Counted from the stretch's first letter, positions 45,336-58,817 are shown. The stretch is DNA of 64,000 bases from Escherichia coli (GCF_009931435.1 NZ_CP043414.1), one strand, 5' to 3'. Notes: generated from the letters alone by a model not told the origin. Numbers and translations are program-made.

Positions 45336-45519
45336 CTTAATCCAGTGCAGTGTCTTAGCTGAATACAAGTCGCCAGGAGTATATGAATAAATCCCGGCAG
45401 CGGATAGCGTCAAGCCTGGCTTGCAGAAAAACTCGGATTAAACCTTATTTGTTGCAGCCCTGTGGCACAATGGTCAACATAATACCCTAACCCGACAACG
45501 CGAAAAAAAGAACTTTGCC

Positions 45520-46284
45520 ATGAAATTGAATATCCGCGCGCAAACTGCACAAAACCAGCACAATAATTCTCCCATCGTTCTTGTCCATGGTCTGTTTGGC
45601 AGCCTCGACAACCTTGGCGTACTGGCTCGCGATCTGGTAAACGATCACAATATCATCCAGGTTGATATGCGTAACCACGGTCTTTCCCCGAGAGATCCGG
45701 TGATGAATTACCCGGCGATGGCGCAGGATCTTGTTGATACCCTGGATGCACTGCAGATCGATAAAGCGACATTTATTGGACACTCAATGGGCGGCAAAGC
45801 GGTGATGGCACTGACTGCACTGGCCCCCGATCGCATCGATAAACTGGTGGCGATTGATATCGCGCCGGTCGACTATCACGTACGCCGTCATGATGAGATT
45901 TTCGCGGCTATCAACGCAGTCAGTGAATCCGACGCGCAAACTCGCCAGCAAGCAGCGGCAGTAATGCGCCAGCATCTTAATGAAGAAGGGGTGATTCAGT
46001 TTCTGTTGAAATCTTTTGTTGACGGGGAGTGGCGCTTTAACGTGCCGGTATTGTGGGATCAGTATCCGCATATTGTGGGTTGGGAGAAAATCCCGGCATG
46101 GGATCACCCTGCCCTGTTTATCCCAGGCGGCAATTCTCCGTATGTTAGCGAGCAGTATCGTGATGATTTACTGACACAATTTCCACAGGCACGAGCGCAT
46201 GTGATTGCTGGCGCGGGTCACTGGGTCCATGCTGAAAAACCGGATGCTGTATTACGCGCTATCCGTCGCTATCTCAATGATTAA
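45520..46284 (+). CDS. ybfF: alpha/beta-hydrolase esterase
   Basis: 254-aa ORF with GHSMGG nucleophile elbow. Confidence 0.9.
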   Translation: MKLNIRAQTAQNQHNNSPIVLVHGLFGSLDNLGVLARDLVNDHNIIQVDMRNHGLSPRDPVMNYPAMAQDLVDTLDALQIDKATFIGHSMGGKAVMALTALAPDRIDKLVAIDIAPVDYHVRRHDEIFAAINAVSESDAQTRQQAAAVMRQHLNEEGVIQFLLKSFVDGEWRFNVPVLWDQYPHIVGWEKIPAWDHPALFIPGGNSPYVSEQYRDDLLTQFPQARAHVIAGAGHWVHAEKPDAVLRAIRRYLND

Positions 46285-46423
46285 CGTAACTGATTAAAAA
46301 CCCAGCGTCCGCGTCGCTTTCCGCGCGTGGGCGTTGGCGTGACTCATCGCGCTGATGTATTATGGCGCGCTATCCATCCGGGCAGGCGCCTGGCTGATTG
46401 TTTCCCCCGAAGTCACCAAGATC

Positions 46424-46717
46424 ATGGCCAAAGAACAAACGGACCGTACGACATTAGATCTGTTCGCGCACGAGCGTCGACCGGGACGACCGAAAACTAA
46501 TCCGCTTTCGCGCGATGAACAGCTGCGTATTAATAAACGCAACCAGCTAAAACGCGACAAAGTACGTGGCCTTAAGCGTGTCGAACTGAAGCTGAACGCG
46601 GAAGCTGTCGAGGCGCTGAACGAGCTGGCGGAATCGCGCAATATGAGCCGTAGCGAACTGATCGAAGAGATGTTAATGCAGCAACTGGCGGCGCTGCGTA
46701 GCCAGGGCATCGTTTAA
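46424..46717 (+). CDS. ybfE: LexA-regulated small protein
   Basis: start taken at [26 protein letters not shown] (97 aa). Confidence 0.8.
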   Translation: MAKEQTDRTTLDLFAHERRPGRPKTNPLSRDEQLRINKRNQLKRDKVRGLKRVELKLNAEAVEALNELAESRNMSRSELIEEMLMQQLAALRSQGIV

Positions 46718-46856
46718 TTTTCCACTTTCATGTAGCACAGTGTGCAGTCCTGCTCGTTTGCTGATTCCGCAAGACTGCCTGTTCTGCTATGATTGCCTTT
46801 ATCCGTGGGCAATTTTCCACCCCCATTTCAATAAGTTTCAAGAGGTTATTTCACTC

Positions 46857-47387
46857 ATGGCTATCACTGGCATCTTTTTCGGCAGCGACACCGGTAATAC
46901 CGAAAATATCGCAAAAATGATTCAAAAACAGCTTGGTAAAGACGTTGCCGATGTCCATGACATTGCAAAAAGCAGCAAAGAAGATCTGGAAGCATATGAC
47001 ATTCTGCTGCTGGGCATCCCAACCTGGTATTACGGCGAAGCGCAGTGTGACTGGGATGACTTCTTCCCGACTCTCGAAGAGATTGATTTCAATGGTAAAC
47101 TGGTTGCGCTATTTGGTTGTGGTGACCAGGAAGATTACGCTGAATACTTCTGTGACGCATTGGGCACCATCCGCGACATCATTGAACCGCGCGGCGCAAC
47201 TATCGTTGGTCACTGGCCAACTGCGGGCTACCACTTCGAAGCATCAAAAGGTCTGGCAGATGACGACCACTTTGTCGGACTGGCTATCGACGAAGATCGT
47301 CAGCCGGAACTGACCGCTGAACGTGTAGAAAAATGGGTTAAACAGATTTCTGAAGAGCTGCATCTCGACGAAATTCTCAATGCCTGA
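46857..47387 (+). CDS. fldA: flavodoxin 1
   Basis: start taken at [27 protein letters not shown] (176 aa). Confidence 0.95.
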
Positions 47388-47596
47388 TGTAATACGGCGT
47401 AGACTCATGTCTACGCCGTATTAATAGATAATGCCAATCAAAATAATTGCTACAAATTTGTAACTTTTGCCGTGGTACCTGTACAATGTTCCGGTGTTCA
47501 AGTGGCCTTGCCGTTGTAAATGTAAGCTGAGCCACGTTTTTATTAACAATATTTGCCAGGGACTTGTGGTTTTCATTTAGGCGTGGCAATTCTATA

Positions 47597-47683
47597 ATGA
47601 TACGCATTATCTCAAGAGCAAATTCTGTCACTTCTTCTAATGAAGTGAACCGCTTAGTAACAGGACAGATTCCGCATGACTGA
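47597..47683 (+). CDS. uof: fur leader peptide (28 aa), overlaps the fur start
   Basis: hand-translated MIRIISRANSVTSSNEVNRLVTGQIPHD stop; stop lies 5 nt inside fur in another frame. Confidence 0.75.
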   Translation: MIRIISRANSVTSSNEVNRLVTGQIPHD

Positions 47684-48122
47684 TAACAATACCGCCCTAA
47701 AGAAAGCTGGCCTGAAAGTAACGCTTCCTCGCTTGAAAATCCTGGAAGTTCTTCAGGAGCCGGACAACCATCACGTCAGTGCGGAAGATTTATACAAACG
47801 TCTGATCGATATGGGTGAAGAAATTGGTCTGGCTACGGTTTATCGCGTACTGAACCAGTTTGACGATGCTGGTATCGTCACCCGCCACAATTTTGAAGGC
47901 GGTAAATCCGTATTTGAACTGACACAGCAACATCACCACGATCACCTGATCTGCCTCGACTGCGGTAAGGTTATCGAATTTAGTGATGATTCCATCGAAG
48001 CGCGTCAGCGTGAAATCGCCGCAAAACATGGCATTCGCCTGACTAACCATAGTCTCTATCTTTACGGTCACTGTGCCGAAGGCGATTGCCGCGAAGATGA
48101 GCACGCGCACGAAGGCAAATAA
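47676..48122 (+). CDS. fur: ferric uptake regulator
   Basis: 148-aa ORF MTDNNTALKKAGLKVTLPRLKILEVLQEPDNHHVSAEDLYKRL. Confidence 0.97.
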   Translation: MTDNNTALKKAGLKVTLPRLKILEVLQEPDNHHVSAEDLYKRLIDMGEEIGLATVYRVLNQFDDAGIVTRHNFEGGKSVFELTQQHHHDHLICLDCGKVIEFSDDSIEARQREIAAKHGIRLTNHSLYLYGHCAEGDCREDEHAHEGK

Positions 48123-48205
48123 GCCAGTCTGAACGAGAAAAGCCAACCTGCGGGTTGGCTTTTTTATACAAGGGACATAAGAAAAGCGAGAGTTACAGCT
48201 CTCAC

Positions 48206-48532
48206 TTATTTGTTATTGCTGCGAATTTCCTGCCAGACCTTATCACAATCGGTTTTCACCGCCTGGTCATTACCGGTTTGCGTTGCCTGAATGCACTGCT
48301 GATAATCCAGCACACGGACACTTTCCTGCTCGGCAAATTGCTGATGTTGTTTCTCTTTCTTCAGCACGTTTAACACGCTCTGACAGGCTTCAATTTTTTC
48401 CGGCGAACCTTGCGCGGTGTTGATACAGGCGCTGTAAGCTTCTTTCAGATGGCTGTCTTCCTGTGGCGCGGTGGATTGTGCACAAGCCACCAGCCCCGAT
48501 GCCATCATGGCGATGAGAATCAGTTTTTTCAT
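48206..48532 (-). CDS. chiQ: chitoporin-operon lipoprotein
   Basis: 108-aa ORF MKKLILIAMMASGLVACAQ with lipobox. Confidence 0.85.
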   Translation of the reverse strand: MKKLILIAMMASGLVACAQSTAPQEDSHLKEAYSACINTAQGSPEKIEACQSVLNVLKKEKQHQQFAEQESVRVLDYQQCIQATQTGNDQAVKTDCDKVWQEIRSNNK

Positions 48533-48581
48533 TGCAAATTCCTCAAACGTGCGGCAGGCACAAAACCTGCCGCGTCGGGCA

Positions 48582-49988
48582 TCAGAAGATGGTGAATGGT
48601 GCGATTACCATAAATTTCACGTCACGCTCATCCTGGAAGATGTTGCCGTAACCACCGCCCCAGCTTGGGATGTCGGAGTGGTTGTCGTATTCGGTAAAGT
48701 GCAGTTTGAACATCGTGCCTTTGGCGCGACCGTCCTGAATGGTGTAGACCGCATCCAGGCTGTATGCAGACTCTTCAATAGTCCGGTTCTTGTCGTAGTA
48801 CGCATCCGGATTGCTCTGCCAGGTAGCGGGTTTAGCATCCCATGCGTAAACGTAGGAAGCGCCGATGGCGAAGCCTGGAAGATTCCAGTTTTTCAGGTCA
48901 TACATCGCACCGAAGAAGACCGCTTTTTCGCCGTTGGCGTTGAAGTCAGAACGGTTATCCCACCAGATATCCAGGCGACCGTTCGAGGAAGCATAGGTTG
49001 GAGTCATACGTTGCAGGAAGTATCCCTGCTGACCGTCGGCTTTAACCCAGGTGCCTTCCAGACGCAAATCCACTACGTCAGCCGCCCGGTAACCAAAGGT
49101 CAACGCTTGCAGCCAGGCAGTGCCGTCGTAAAGGTCGTTGACGCTGCGATCGTCAACTTTATCGCGCGTACCGTAGAACTGGTAGCTGGTGGTTAACGGG
49201 CTACCGGCGATATCAAATTTATAGCTGGCTTTGGCAAAATACTGATCAATATACCCTTCCGCCTGACCAAACGCCGCTTCCAGTACGAAGTTATTTTTGA
49301 AGTCGTACTTCGCCCCAAGGGAGTGTAGATAATCAACTTTAGTGGTTTTATCGTTCTGATAAAACTCATCCATTTCCAGATGCCACGGCGCTTTATATTC
49401 GTTGGTCCACATGTAGGAGAAACTCAACGCACCAGCATCGCCGTAATCAAAATTCGCCCCCGCTTCCGCCCCCTGATAAGTACCCGGCATAAAGCTCCAG
49501 TGCGGCGCTAACAGCGTCTGACCGGTTGGCTGAATATAACCTGCCCGCGCCCACACCGGACCGTATTTAAATTTGGCCGCTGCTTTATACAGGCTTATAC
49601 CGCTTTTATCGCCGGACCAGTCTTCGTCATAGGCTTTATTACTTTTTGAAAACGCGATTTCGTTCGGGTGAGAGCTGTCGCCGTTTTCCGCCATTTCAAT
49701 CGCCGTAAACGCGGCAATATCAAGGCCGAACATATCAGCAGCATAACCAGACTGAAAATCGAGGTTGGCGTTCCAGGTGGAATGAGAAAGGTTGGTTTTG
49801 TATTTGTCGCCGTCGGTAACGTCTTTACGGTCGCGTTCACGCTGCCAGTAATAGATACCGCCGGTTAAGGTTGAATCGTCGATGAATCCTTCGGCGCGAG
49901 CCTCCGGCATTGCCATAAAGCCCGACATTGCTGTAACACTGGCGATAGCCAGCGCCAGCGTACTACGTTTGCCACTAAACGTACGCAT
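48582..49988 (-). CDS. chiP: chitooligosaccharide outer-membrane porin (OprD family)
   Basis: 468-aa [35 protein letters not shown], ends in aromatic-rich beta-barrel C-terminus. Confidence 0.93.
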   Translation of the reverse strand: MRTFSGKRSTLALAIASVTAMSGFMAMPEARAEGFIDDSTLTGGIYYWQRERDRKDVTDGDKYKTNLSHSTWNANLDFQSGYAADMFGLDIAAFTAIEMAENGDSSHPNEIAFSKSNKAYDEDWSGDKSGISLYKAAAKFKYGPVWARAGYIQPTGQTLLAPHWSFMPGTYQGAEAGANFDYGDAGALSFSYMWTNEYKAPWHLEMDEFYQNDKTTKVDYLHSLGAKYDFKNNFVLEAAFGQAEGYIDQYFAKASYKFDIAGSPLTTSYQFYGTRDKVDDRSVNDLYDGTAWLQALTFGYRAADVVDLRLEGTWVKADGQQGYFLQRMTPTYASSNGRLDIWWDNRSDFNANGEKAVFFGAMYDLKNWNLPGFAIGASYVYAWDAKPATWQSNPDAYYDKNRTIEESAYSLDAVYTIQDGRAKGTMFKLHFTEYDNHSDIPSWGGGYGNIFQDERDVKFMVIAPFTIF

Positions 49989-50348
49989 GGGTTAATCCTC
50001 TTTGACGTATAAATTGCTGCACCAAAGGTGAACAGCGAAAAAAATAAAAATTAAAAAAGTAGCGTTGAGAAAAGTCTCGCTGACTACAGGAACAGACTAT
50101 TTTTCGCGACGCGAATTATCAATCTCTTTCTGTAACCAGAATGTAAGAACATGAGCAACCGCACATATTTTGATGATTTTTGTTACAAGGCTTAAGTTTG
50201 TAGTTGAAAGGTTTACAAAAGAATAAAAGCCTGAGTTTCCAGCAAGATGAAAGCGGTTACATTTTATTTAATTATGCTTTGTGATTTTAAATTTGTTTTA
50301 TGGATAAATTGTGAAACGGAATTAATTCGCGAAGAAAAGCAGAAAAAA

Positions 50349-50368
50349 AACGCCGCGGAGCGCGGCGT
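50349..50368 (-). terminator. intrinsic terminator downstream of glnS
   Basis: hairpin cgccgcggagcgcggcg with U-run on the minus strand (plus-strand aaaaaaaa at 50341-50348). Confidence 0.6.
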
Positions 50369-50389
50369 TTGGGTTTGTTTGCTATTTCT

Positions 50390-50554
50390 TGCCGGATGCG
50401 GCGTGAACGCCTTATCCGGCCTACAAAAGCACGCAAATTCAATATATGGCAGAGATCATGTAGGCCTGATAAGCGTAGCGCATCAGGCAATTTAGCGTTT
50501 GAAACTGTTTCTATGTTTCTTGCCGGATGTGGCGTAAATGCCTCACCCGGCCTG
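50390..50554. repeat. REP element cluster (three units) between chiP and glnS
   Basis: gccggatgcggcgtgaacgccttatccggcctac, gtaggcctgataagcgtagcgcatcaggc, gccggatgtggcgtaaatgcctcacccggcc. Confidence 0.55.
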
Positions 50555-50567
50555 GTAGAACTTAAAA

Positions 50568-52232
50568 CTACTCGCCTACTTTCGCCCAGGTATCACGCAG
50601 CCCAACGGTGCGGTTAAATACCGGTTTTTCCGCCGTAGAATGGCGGCTGTCGAGGCAGAAATAACCTTCACGCTCAAACTGGAATGCTTTGCCCGCTACC
50701 GCGTCTTTCAGCGACGGTTCAGCAAAGCCCTGTTTGATCACCAGCGATTCCGGGTTAATCACCGACAGGAAATCATCCGCAGCACCTGGGTTCGGCACGC
50801 TGAACAGACGATCGTACAGGCGGATTTCAACCGGCAGCGCATGTGCCGCGCTCACCCAGTGAATAACGCCTTTCACTTTACGACCATCTGCCGGATCTTT
50901 GCTTAAGGTGTCGGCGTCATAAGTACAGAAGATGGTGGTGATGTTGCCTTCGGCATCTTTCTCCACGCGTTCAGCCTTAATGACGTAAGCATTACGCAGA
51001 CGCACTTCTTTACCCAGCACCAGACGTTTGTACTGCTTGTTAGCTTCTTCGCGGAAATCGGCGCGGTCGATCCAAATCTCACCGCTAAACGGCACCTGAC
51101 GGCTGCCCATTTCCGGTTTGTTCGGATGGTTCGGCATGGTGACCATTTCGCCTTCGCCCTGATAGTTTTCGATAACCAGTTTCACCGGATCGATAACTGC
51201 CATTGCGCGCGGGGCGTTTTCGTTGAGATCTTCACGAATGCAGGATTCCAGCGACGCCATCTCAATGGTGTTGTCCTGCTTGGTCACGCCAATGCGTTTG
51301 CAGAACTCACGAATAGAAGCCGCAGTGTAACCACGACGACGCAGACCGGAAATGGTCGGCATACGAGGATCATCCCAGCCTTCAACGTGCTTGTCGGTCA
51401 CCAGCAGGTTCAGCTTACGCTTGGACATCACGGTGTATTCCAGATTCAGGCGCGAGAATTCGTACTGGCGCGGGTGAACAGGAATGGTGATGTTATCCAG
51501 CACCCAGTCATACAGGCGACGGTTGTCCTGGAATTCCAGCGTACACAGAGAGTGCGTAATACCTTCCAGCGCATCGCTGATGCAGTGGGTGAAGTCGTAC
51601 ATCGGGTAGATGCACCACTTGTTACCGGTCTGGTGGTGTTCAGCAAACTTAATGCGGTACAGCACCGGATCGCGCATCACGATAAACGGCGAAGCCATGT
51701 CGATTTTCGCGCGCAGGCAGGCTTTACCTTCTTCAAAACCACCGGTACGCATTTTTTCGAACAGCGCCAGGTTCTCTTCAACGCTGCGGTCGCGGTACGG
51801 GCTGTTTTTACCCGGCTGAGTCAGGGTGCCACGATATTCGCGGATCTGTTCCGGTGTCAGTTCATCAACATACGCCAGGCCTTTATTGATCAGTTCGATC
51901 GCATAGGCGTGGAGCTGATCAAAATAATCGGAGGAGTAACGGACGTTACCAGACCAGTGAAAACCTAACCACTCTACGTCGTTTTTGATCGAATCGACAT
52001 ACTCGATATCTTCTTTTACCGGGTTAGTGTCGTCGAAACGCAGGTTGCACTGGCCTTTATAGTCCTGGGCGATCCCGAAGTTCAGGCAGATAGATTTCGC
52101 ATGGCCAATATGCAGATAGCCATTCGGCTCCGGCGGGAAACGGGTGTGTACTGTGGTGTGCTTACCACTGGCCAGATCTTCATCGATGATCTGACGGATA
52201 AAGTTAGTCGGGCGGGCTTCTGCCTCACTCAT
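50568..52232 (-). CDS. glnS: glutaminyl-tRNA synthetase
   Basis: 554-aa ORF with class I HIGH motif ([10 protein letters not shown]) and VMSKR. Confidence 0.97.
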   Translation of the reverse strand: MSEAEARPTNFIRQIIDEDLASGKHTTVHTRFPPEPNGYLHIGHAKSICLNFGIAQDYKGQCNLRFDDTNPVKEDIEYVDSIKNDVEWLGFHWSGNVRYSSDYFDQLHAYAIELINKGLAYVDELTPEQIREYRGTLTQPGKNSPYRDRSVEENLALFEKMRTGGFEEGKACLRAKIDMASPFIVMRDPVLYRIKFAEHHQTGNKWCIYPMYDFTHCISDALEGITHSLCTLEFQDNRRLYDWVLDNITIPVHPRQYEFSRLNLEYTVMSKRKLNLLVTDKHVEGWDDPRMPTISGLRRRGYTAASIREFCKRIGVTKQDNTIEMASLESCIREDLNENAPRAMAVIDPVKLVIENYQGEGEMVTMPNHPNKPEMGSRQVPFSGEIWIDRADFREEANKQYKRLVLGKEVRLRNAYVIKAERVEKDAEGNITTIFCTYDADTLSKDPADGRKVKGVIHWVSAAHALPVEIRLYDRLFSVPNPGAADDFLSVINPESLVIKQGFAEPSLKDAVAGKAFQFEREGYFCLDSRHSTAEKPVFNRTVGLRDTWAKVGE

Positions 52233-52405
52233 CGTGGATTCCTCAAAGCGTAAACAACGTATAACGGCGTATGATCTTATAAGCGGGACAGGCTGACAAC
52301 TGTTAGTTAGTGAAAATCGAAAATCTCACTGAGATTATGGGGATGATTGATGAAAAAAAAAGCGGCAGAGAAGATCTCCACCGCTTTTGCCAGTCCTGCG
52401 TCATT

Positions 52406-52489
52406 GTTGGATGCGACGCTTAAGCGTCTTATCCAACCTGGACTGAGCTTTTGTAGGCCTGATAAGACGCGTCATGCGTCGCATCAGGC
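52406..52489. repeat. REP elements between glnS and nagE
   Basis: gttggatgcgacgcttaagcgtcttatccaacc and gtaggcctgataagacgcgtcatgcgtcgcatcaggc. Confidence 0.5.
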
Positions 52490-52499
52490 ATGAAGCAGA

Positions 52500-54446
52500 T
52501 TACTTTTTGATTTCATACAGCGGCGTTTGACCCGCCACAACATGACCCTGAGCTTTAATGATAAGGCCGCTGAAATCGTCGATATTGCTGCAAACCACCG
52601 GGCTAATCATCGAACGGGCGTTAGCGTTCAGGTAATCCAGATCCATTTCCAGAATCGGTTGCCCTGCGCTTACTTGCGCCCCCTCTTCCACCAAACGTTT
52701 AAAGCCTTTGCCTTCCAGCGCTACGGTGTCGATACCCATATGGACGACAATCTCAGCGCCTTTTTCGGTTTCCAGGCAGAACGCGTGATTGGTGTTGAAG
52801 ATTTTTACGATTGTCCCTGCGGCTGGCGATACGACGATTTTATCCGTCGGTTTCACCGCCACACCGTCACCCACCGCTTTGCTGGCAAATGCTTCGTCAG
52901 GAACCTGATCCAGCGCCACAACATCACCGGTAATCGGCGATACCAGCTCCGCGACAGACACCGCGTTTGGTACGGCCTGCGGTTTTGCTACAGGCACGGT
53001 AGTTGCAGGCGCAGTTTCAGCAGAGGCGGCTGCTACCGGACCACGGGCAACGACTTTCTTCATTGCATCGCCAATGGATTCCGCTTTCGCGCCAACAATC
53101 ACCTGAATAGTCTGTTTGTTCAGTTTCACTACCCCAGAAGCACCCAGACGTTTACACATCGTATCGTTAACGCGGGCAGAGTCAGCCACGGTCAGACGCA
53201 GACGGGTGATACAGGCGTCAATCGCTTTCAGGTTGTCAGTACCGCCAACCGCAGCAATATAGTTGGTCGCCAGTTGAGTCAGGCCTTCCTCGGTATTGCT
53301 GTTGGCTTCTTCAGTAACGATCTCGTCTTCTTTATCTTCGCGACCCGGCGTTTTCAGATTGAACATGCGGATAACCACACTGAACACCACGAAGTAGATA
53401 GCGAAGAACACAACCCCCATCACCAGCAGCATCCAGACGTTCTGGCTGGCGGCCGGCAGGTTATACATCAACGCGTAGTCGATAGCCCCCGCAGAGAAGG
53501 AGAAGCCAGCATGGATACCCAGCAGCGTTGCCACAAACAGGCTGATACCCGTCAGCAGTGCGTGCAGGAGGTACAGCAGCGGTGCAAGGAACATGAACAG
53601 GAATTCCAGCGGCTCAGTCACACCGGTCAGGAACGCAGTAACAGCAACAGAAAGCAGCATACCGCCAACCATCGGACGACGCTCTTTCGGTGCTGCGAAG
53701 TACATCGCCAGCGCCGCGCCCGGCAGACCGAACATCATAATCGGGAAGAAGCCGGACATGAACATCCCCGCGGTGCCGTCACCGGCATAGAAGCGGTTAA
53801 TGTCGCCGTGGAAAACCGTACCCGCCGCGTTGGTGAATTCACCAATCTGGAACCAGGCGATGGTGTTCAGCACCTGATGCAGACCGGTTGGGATCAGCAG
53901 ACGGTTGATGAAACCAAAGATACCGGAACCCAGCGCGCCCGCAGAAACGATCCATTCGCCGCCTGCATGGATAGCGTGCTGTACCGGTGGCCAGACGTAA
54001 CCAAAAATGGCCGCCAGCACCAGGCAGAAGAAGCCGGTGGCGATCGGCACAAAACGTTTGCCGCCGAAGAAGCTCAGGAAGTCCGGCAGTTTAATATCGG
54101 ACCAACGGTTATAGGCAGCACCACCGACCAGACCGGTAATGATACCCGCCAGTACACCCATGTTAATTTCTGGGTTGATGGTCACCATCGCTTTGGTTAA
54201 CACAAAGTAACCGACCGCACCCGCCAGCGCCGCCGCACCTGCGCTGTCTTTCGACCAGCTGGATGCCACACCGATGGCGAAGATTAATGCGAGGTTATCA
54301 AAAATCGCACCGCCCGCCTGGGCAATAAACGCAACGTTAAGTAAATCTGGCTGACCGAATCGCAGCAACAGTGCCGCCACCGGCAGCACCGCGATAGGGA
54401 GCTGTAACGCCCTACCGAGTCGCTGGAAAAAACCTAAAATATTCAT
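52500..54446 (-). CDS. nagE: N-acetylglucosamine PTS permease EIICBA
   Basis: 648-aa ORF MNILGFFQRLGRALQLPIAVLPVAALLLRFGQ. Confidence 0.97.
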   Translation of the reverse strand: MNILGFFQRLGRALQLPIAVLPVAALLLRFGQPDLLNVAFIAQAGGAIFDNLALIFAIGVASSWSKDSAGAAALAGAVGYFVLTKAMVTINPEINMGVLAGIITGLVGGAAYNRWSDIKLPDFLSFFGGKRFVPIATGFFCLVLAAIFGYVWPPVQHAIHAGGEWIVSAGALGSGIFGFINRLLIPTGLHQVLNTIAWFQIGEFTNAAGTVFHGDINRFYAGDGTAGMFMSGFFPIMMFGLPGAALAMYFAAPKERRPMVGGMLLSVAVTAFLTGVTEPLEFLFMFLAPLLYLLHALLTGISLFVATLLGIHAGFSFSAGAIDYALMYNLPAASQNVWMLLVMGVVFFAIYFVVFSVVIRMFNLKTPGREDKEDEIVTEEANSNTEEGLTQLATNYIAAVGGTDNLKAIDACITRLRLTVADSARVNDTMCKRLGASGVVKLNKQTIQVIVGAKAESIGDAMKKVVARGPVAAASAETAPATTVPVAKPQAVPNAVSVAELVSPITGDVVALDQVPDEAFASKAVGDGVAVKPTDKIVVSPAAGTIVKIFNTNHAFCLETEKGAEIVVHMGIDTVALEGKGFKRLVEEGAQVSAGQPILEMDLDYLNANARSMISPVVCSNIDDFSGLIIKAQGHVVAGQTPLYEIKK

Positions 54447-54778
54447 CTTATTCCCCCTACGAGAACCCTATTTGGCTCGTTTAAAGCCGTATTTTTATTT
54501 TGCTGCAAATTGTACTGCCGATGTTCTGTAATCAGATTGTTAGATCATCTGCTACAGAGTGTGTGAAAATTTAATTCGTATCGCAAATTAAACGCGTGTC
54601 TTTTGTGAGTTTTGTCACCAAATATCGTTATCATCACTCCCTTTTACTGGCTAAACCAGAAAACTTATTTTATCATTCAAAAAATCAGGTCGGATTGACG
54701 CCTGTCTGCGCAAATCCAGGTTACGCTTAAAGATGCCTAATCCGCCAACGGCTTACTTTTTACTTACTGAGGTGAATA
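54447..54778. promoter_or_regulatory. divergent nagE / nagBACD promoter-operator region
   Basis: 332-bp spacer between divergent nagE and nagB; NagC/CRP control is established knowledge, sites not mapped. Confidence 0.6.
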
Positions 54779-55579
54779 ATGAGACTGATCCCCCTGACTA
54801 CCGCTGAACAGGTCGGCAAATGGGCTGCTCGCCATATCGTCAATCGTATCAATGCGTTCAAACCGACAGCCGATCGTCCGTTTGTTCTGGGTCTGCCGAC
54901 TGGCGGCACGCCGATGACCACCTACAAAGCGTTAGTTGAAATGCATAAAGCAGGCCAGGTCAGCTTTAAGCACGTTGTCACCTTCAACATGGACGAATAT
55001 GTCGGTCTGCCGAAAGAGCATCCGGAAAGCTACTACAGCTTTATGCACCGTAATTTCTTCGATCACGTTGATATTCCAGCAGAAAACATCAACCTTCTCA
55101 ACGGCAACGCCCCGGATATCGACGCCGAGTGCCGCCAGTATGAAGAAAAAATCCGTTCTTACGGAAAAATTCATCTGTTTATGGGCGGTGTAGGTAACGA
55201 CGGTCATATTGCATTTAACGAACCAGCGTCTTCTCTGGCTTCTCGTACTCGTATCAAAACCCTGACTCATGACACTCGCGTCGCGAACTCTCGTTTCTTT
55301 GATAACGATGTCAATCAGGTGCCAAAATATGCCCTGACTGTCGGTGTTGGTACATTGTTGGATGCCGAAGAAGTAATGATTCTGGTGCTGGGCAGCCAGA
55401 AAGCACTGGCGCTGCAAGCCGCCGTTGAAGGTTGCGTGAACCACATGTGGACCATCAGCTGTCTGCAACTGCATCCGAAAGCCATCATGGTGTGCGATGA
55501 ACCTTCTACCATGGAGCTGAAAGTTAAGACTTTAAGATATTTCAATGAATTAGAAGCAGAAAATATCAAAGGTCTGTAA
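54779..55579 (+). CDS. nagB: glucosamine-6-phosphate deaminase
   Basis: 266-aa [48 protein letters not shown]. Confidence 0.97.
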
Positions 55580-55597
55580 TTGTTATCCCTGCCCTGA

Positions 55598-56788
<1,191 letters not shown>

Positions 56789-56796
56789 GAGAAAGT

Positions 56797-58017
56797 ATGA
56801 CACCAGGCGGACAAGCTCAGATAGGTAATGTTGATCTCGTAAAACAGCTTAACAGCGCGGCGGTTTATCGCCTGATTGACCAGTACGGGCCAATCTCGCG
56901 GATTCAGATTGCCGAGCAAAGCCAGCTTGCCCCCGCCAGCGTAACCAAGATTACGCGTCAGCTTATCGAACGCGGGCTGATCAAAGAAGTTGATCAGCAG
57001 GCCTCCACCGGGGGCCGCCGCGCTATCTCCATTGTCACCGAAACCCGCAATTTCCACGCAATCGGCGTACGGCTTGGTCGTCATGACGCCACCATCACCC
57101 TGTTTGATCTCAGTAGCAAAGTGCTGGCAGAGGAACATTACCCGTTGCCTGAACGCACTCAGCAAACGCTGGAACATGCCCTGCTGAATGCCATTGCTCA
57201 GTTTATTGATAGCTACCAGCGCAAACTGCGCGAGCTGATCGCCATTTCCGTGATCCTGCCAGGGCTTGTTGACCCGGACAGTGGCAAAATTCATTACATG
57301 CCGCATATTCAGGTAGAAAACTGGGGACTGGTAGAAGCACTGGAAGAACGTTTTAAAGTGACCTGTTTTGTCGGCCACGATATCCGCAGTCTGGCACTGG
57401 CAGAGCACTACTTCGGTGCAAGCCAGGATTGCGAAGACTCCATTCTGGTGCGTGTCCATCGCGGGACCGGGGCCGGGATTATCTCTAATGGGCGCATTTT
57501 TATTGGCCGCAACGGCAACGTCGGTGAAATTGGCCATATTCAGGTCGAACCGCTGGGTGAACGCTGCCACTGCGGCAACTTTGGCTGCCTGGAAACTATC
57601 GCCGCCAACGCTGCCATTGAACAACGGGTGTTGAATCTGTTAAAGCAGGGCTACCAGAGCCGTGTGCCACTGGACGACTGCACCATCAAAACTATCTGCA
57701 AAGCCGCGAACAAAGGCGACGGTCTGGCGTCGGAAGTGATTGAATATGTTGGTCGTCATCTGGGTAAAACCATCGCCATTGCTATCAACTTATTTAATCC
57801 GCAAAAAATTGTTATCGCTGGTGAGATCACCGAAGCCGATAAAGTGCTGCTCCCTGCTATTGAAAGCTGCATTAATACCCAGGCATTGAAGGCATTTCGC
57901 ACCAATCTGCCCGTGGTACGTTCTGAGCTGGATCACCGCTCGGCAATCGGCGCTTTTGCGCTGGTAAAACGCGCCATGCTCAACGGTATTTTGCTCCAGC
58001 ATTTGCTGGAAAATTAA
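56797..58017 (+). CDS. nagC: ROK-family transcriptional regulator NagC
   Basis: 406-aa ORF MTPGGQAQIGNVDLVKQLNSAAVYRLIDQYGPISR. Confidence 0.97.
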   Translation: MTPGGQAQIGNVDLVKQLNSAAVYRLIDQYGPISRIQIAEQSQLAPASVTKITRQLIERGLIKEVDQQASTGGRRAISIVTETRNFHAIGVRLGRHDATITLFDLSSKVLAEEHYPLPERTQQTLEHALLNAIAQFIDSYQRKLRELIAISVILPGLVDPDSGKIHYMPHIQVENWGLVEALEERFKVTCFVGHDIRSLALAEHYFGASQDCEDSILVRVHRGTGAGIISNGRIFIGRNGNVGEIGHIQVEPLGERCHCGNFGCLETIAANAAIEQRVLNLLKQGYQSRVPLDDCTIKTICKAANKGDGLASEVIEYVGRHLGKTIAIAINLFNPQKIVIAGEITEADKVLLPAIESCINTQALKAFRTNLPVVRSELDHRSAIGAFALVKRAMLNGILLQHLLEN

Positions 58018-58064
58018 TGTGCTTTTATAGTGGCGCTTATTGTTGTCAATATTCTGGGTAGTCC

Positions 58065-58817
58065 ATGACCATTAAAAATGTAATTTGCGATATCGACGGC
58101 GTGCTGATGCACGATAACGTCGCCGTACCGGGTGCAGCGGAATTTTTGCACGGGATTATGGATAAAGGCCTGCCGCTGGTGTTGCTGACCAACTATCCTT
58201 CGCAGACCGGGCAAGATCTGGCGAACCGCTTTGCCACTGCGGGTGTCGATGTGCCGGACAGCGTGTTTTATACCTCCGCGATGGCGACCGCCGATTTCCT
58301 GCGTCGCCAGGAAGGTAAGAAAGCGTATGTGGTGGGCGAAGGCGCACTGATTCATGAACTGTACAAAGCCGGTTTCACTATTACCGATGTGAACCCTGAT
58401 TTTGTGATTGTTGGCGAAACGCGTTCCTACAACTGGGACATGATGCATAAAGCAGCCTATTTCGTCGCTAACGGTGCACGCTTTATCGCCACCAACCCGG
58501 ACACCCACGGGCGCGGTTTTTATCCGGCCTGTGGCGCGCTATGCGCGGGGATCGAAAAAATCTCCGGACGTAAACCGTTCTATGTTGGTAAGCCGAGTCC
58601 GTGGATCATCCGCGCAGCATTAAACAAAATGCAGGCGCATTCGGAAGAAACGGTGATTGTCGGCGATAACTTGCGCACCGACATTCTGGCGGGCTTCCAG
58701 GCCGGTCTGGAGACGATTCTGGTGCTTTCTGGTGTTTCATCGCTCGACGATATCGACAGTATGCCGTTCCGCCCAAGCTGGATTTACCCGTCAGTCGCTG
58801 AAATCGACGTTATCTGA
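58065..58817 (+). CDS. umpH: UMP phosphatase (HAD superfamily)
   Basis: 250-aa ORF MTIKNVICDIDGVLMHDN with HAD DxDG motif. Confidence 0.95.
   Translation: MTIKNVICDIDGVLMHDNVAVPGAAEFLHGIMDKGLPLVLLTNYPSQTGQDLANRFATAGVDVPDSVFYTSAMATADFLRRQEGKKAYVVGEGALIHELYKAGFTITDVNPDFVIVGETRSYNWDMMHKAAYFVANGARFIATNPDTHGRGFYPACGALCAGIEKISGRKPFYVGKPSPWIIRAALNKMQAHSEETVIVGDNLRTDILAGFQAGLETILVLSGVSSLDDIDSMPFRPSWIYPSVAEIDVI

Noticed and set aside
52527-54200. 557-aa plus-strand ORF
   Set aside because: Antisense to nagE; His/Arg-rich nonsense-like translation.
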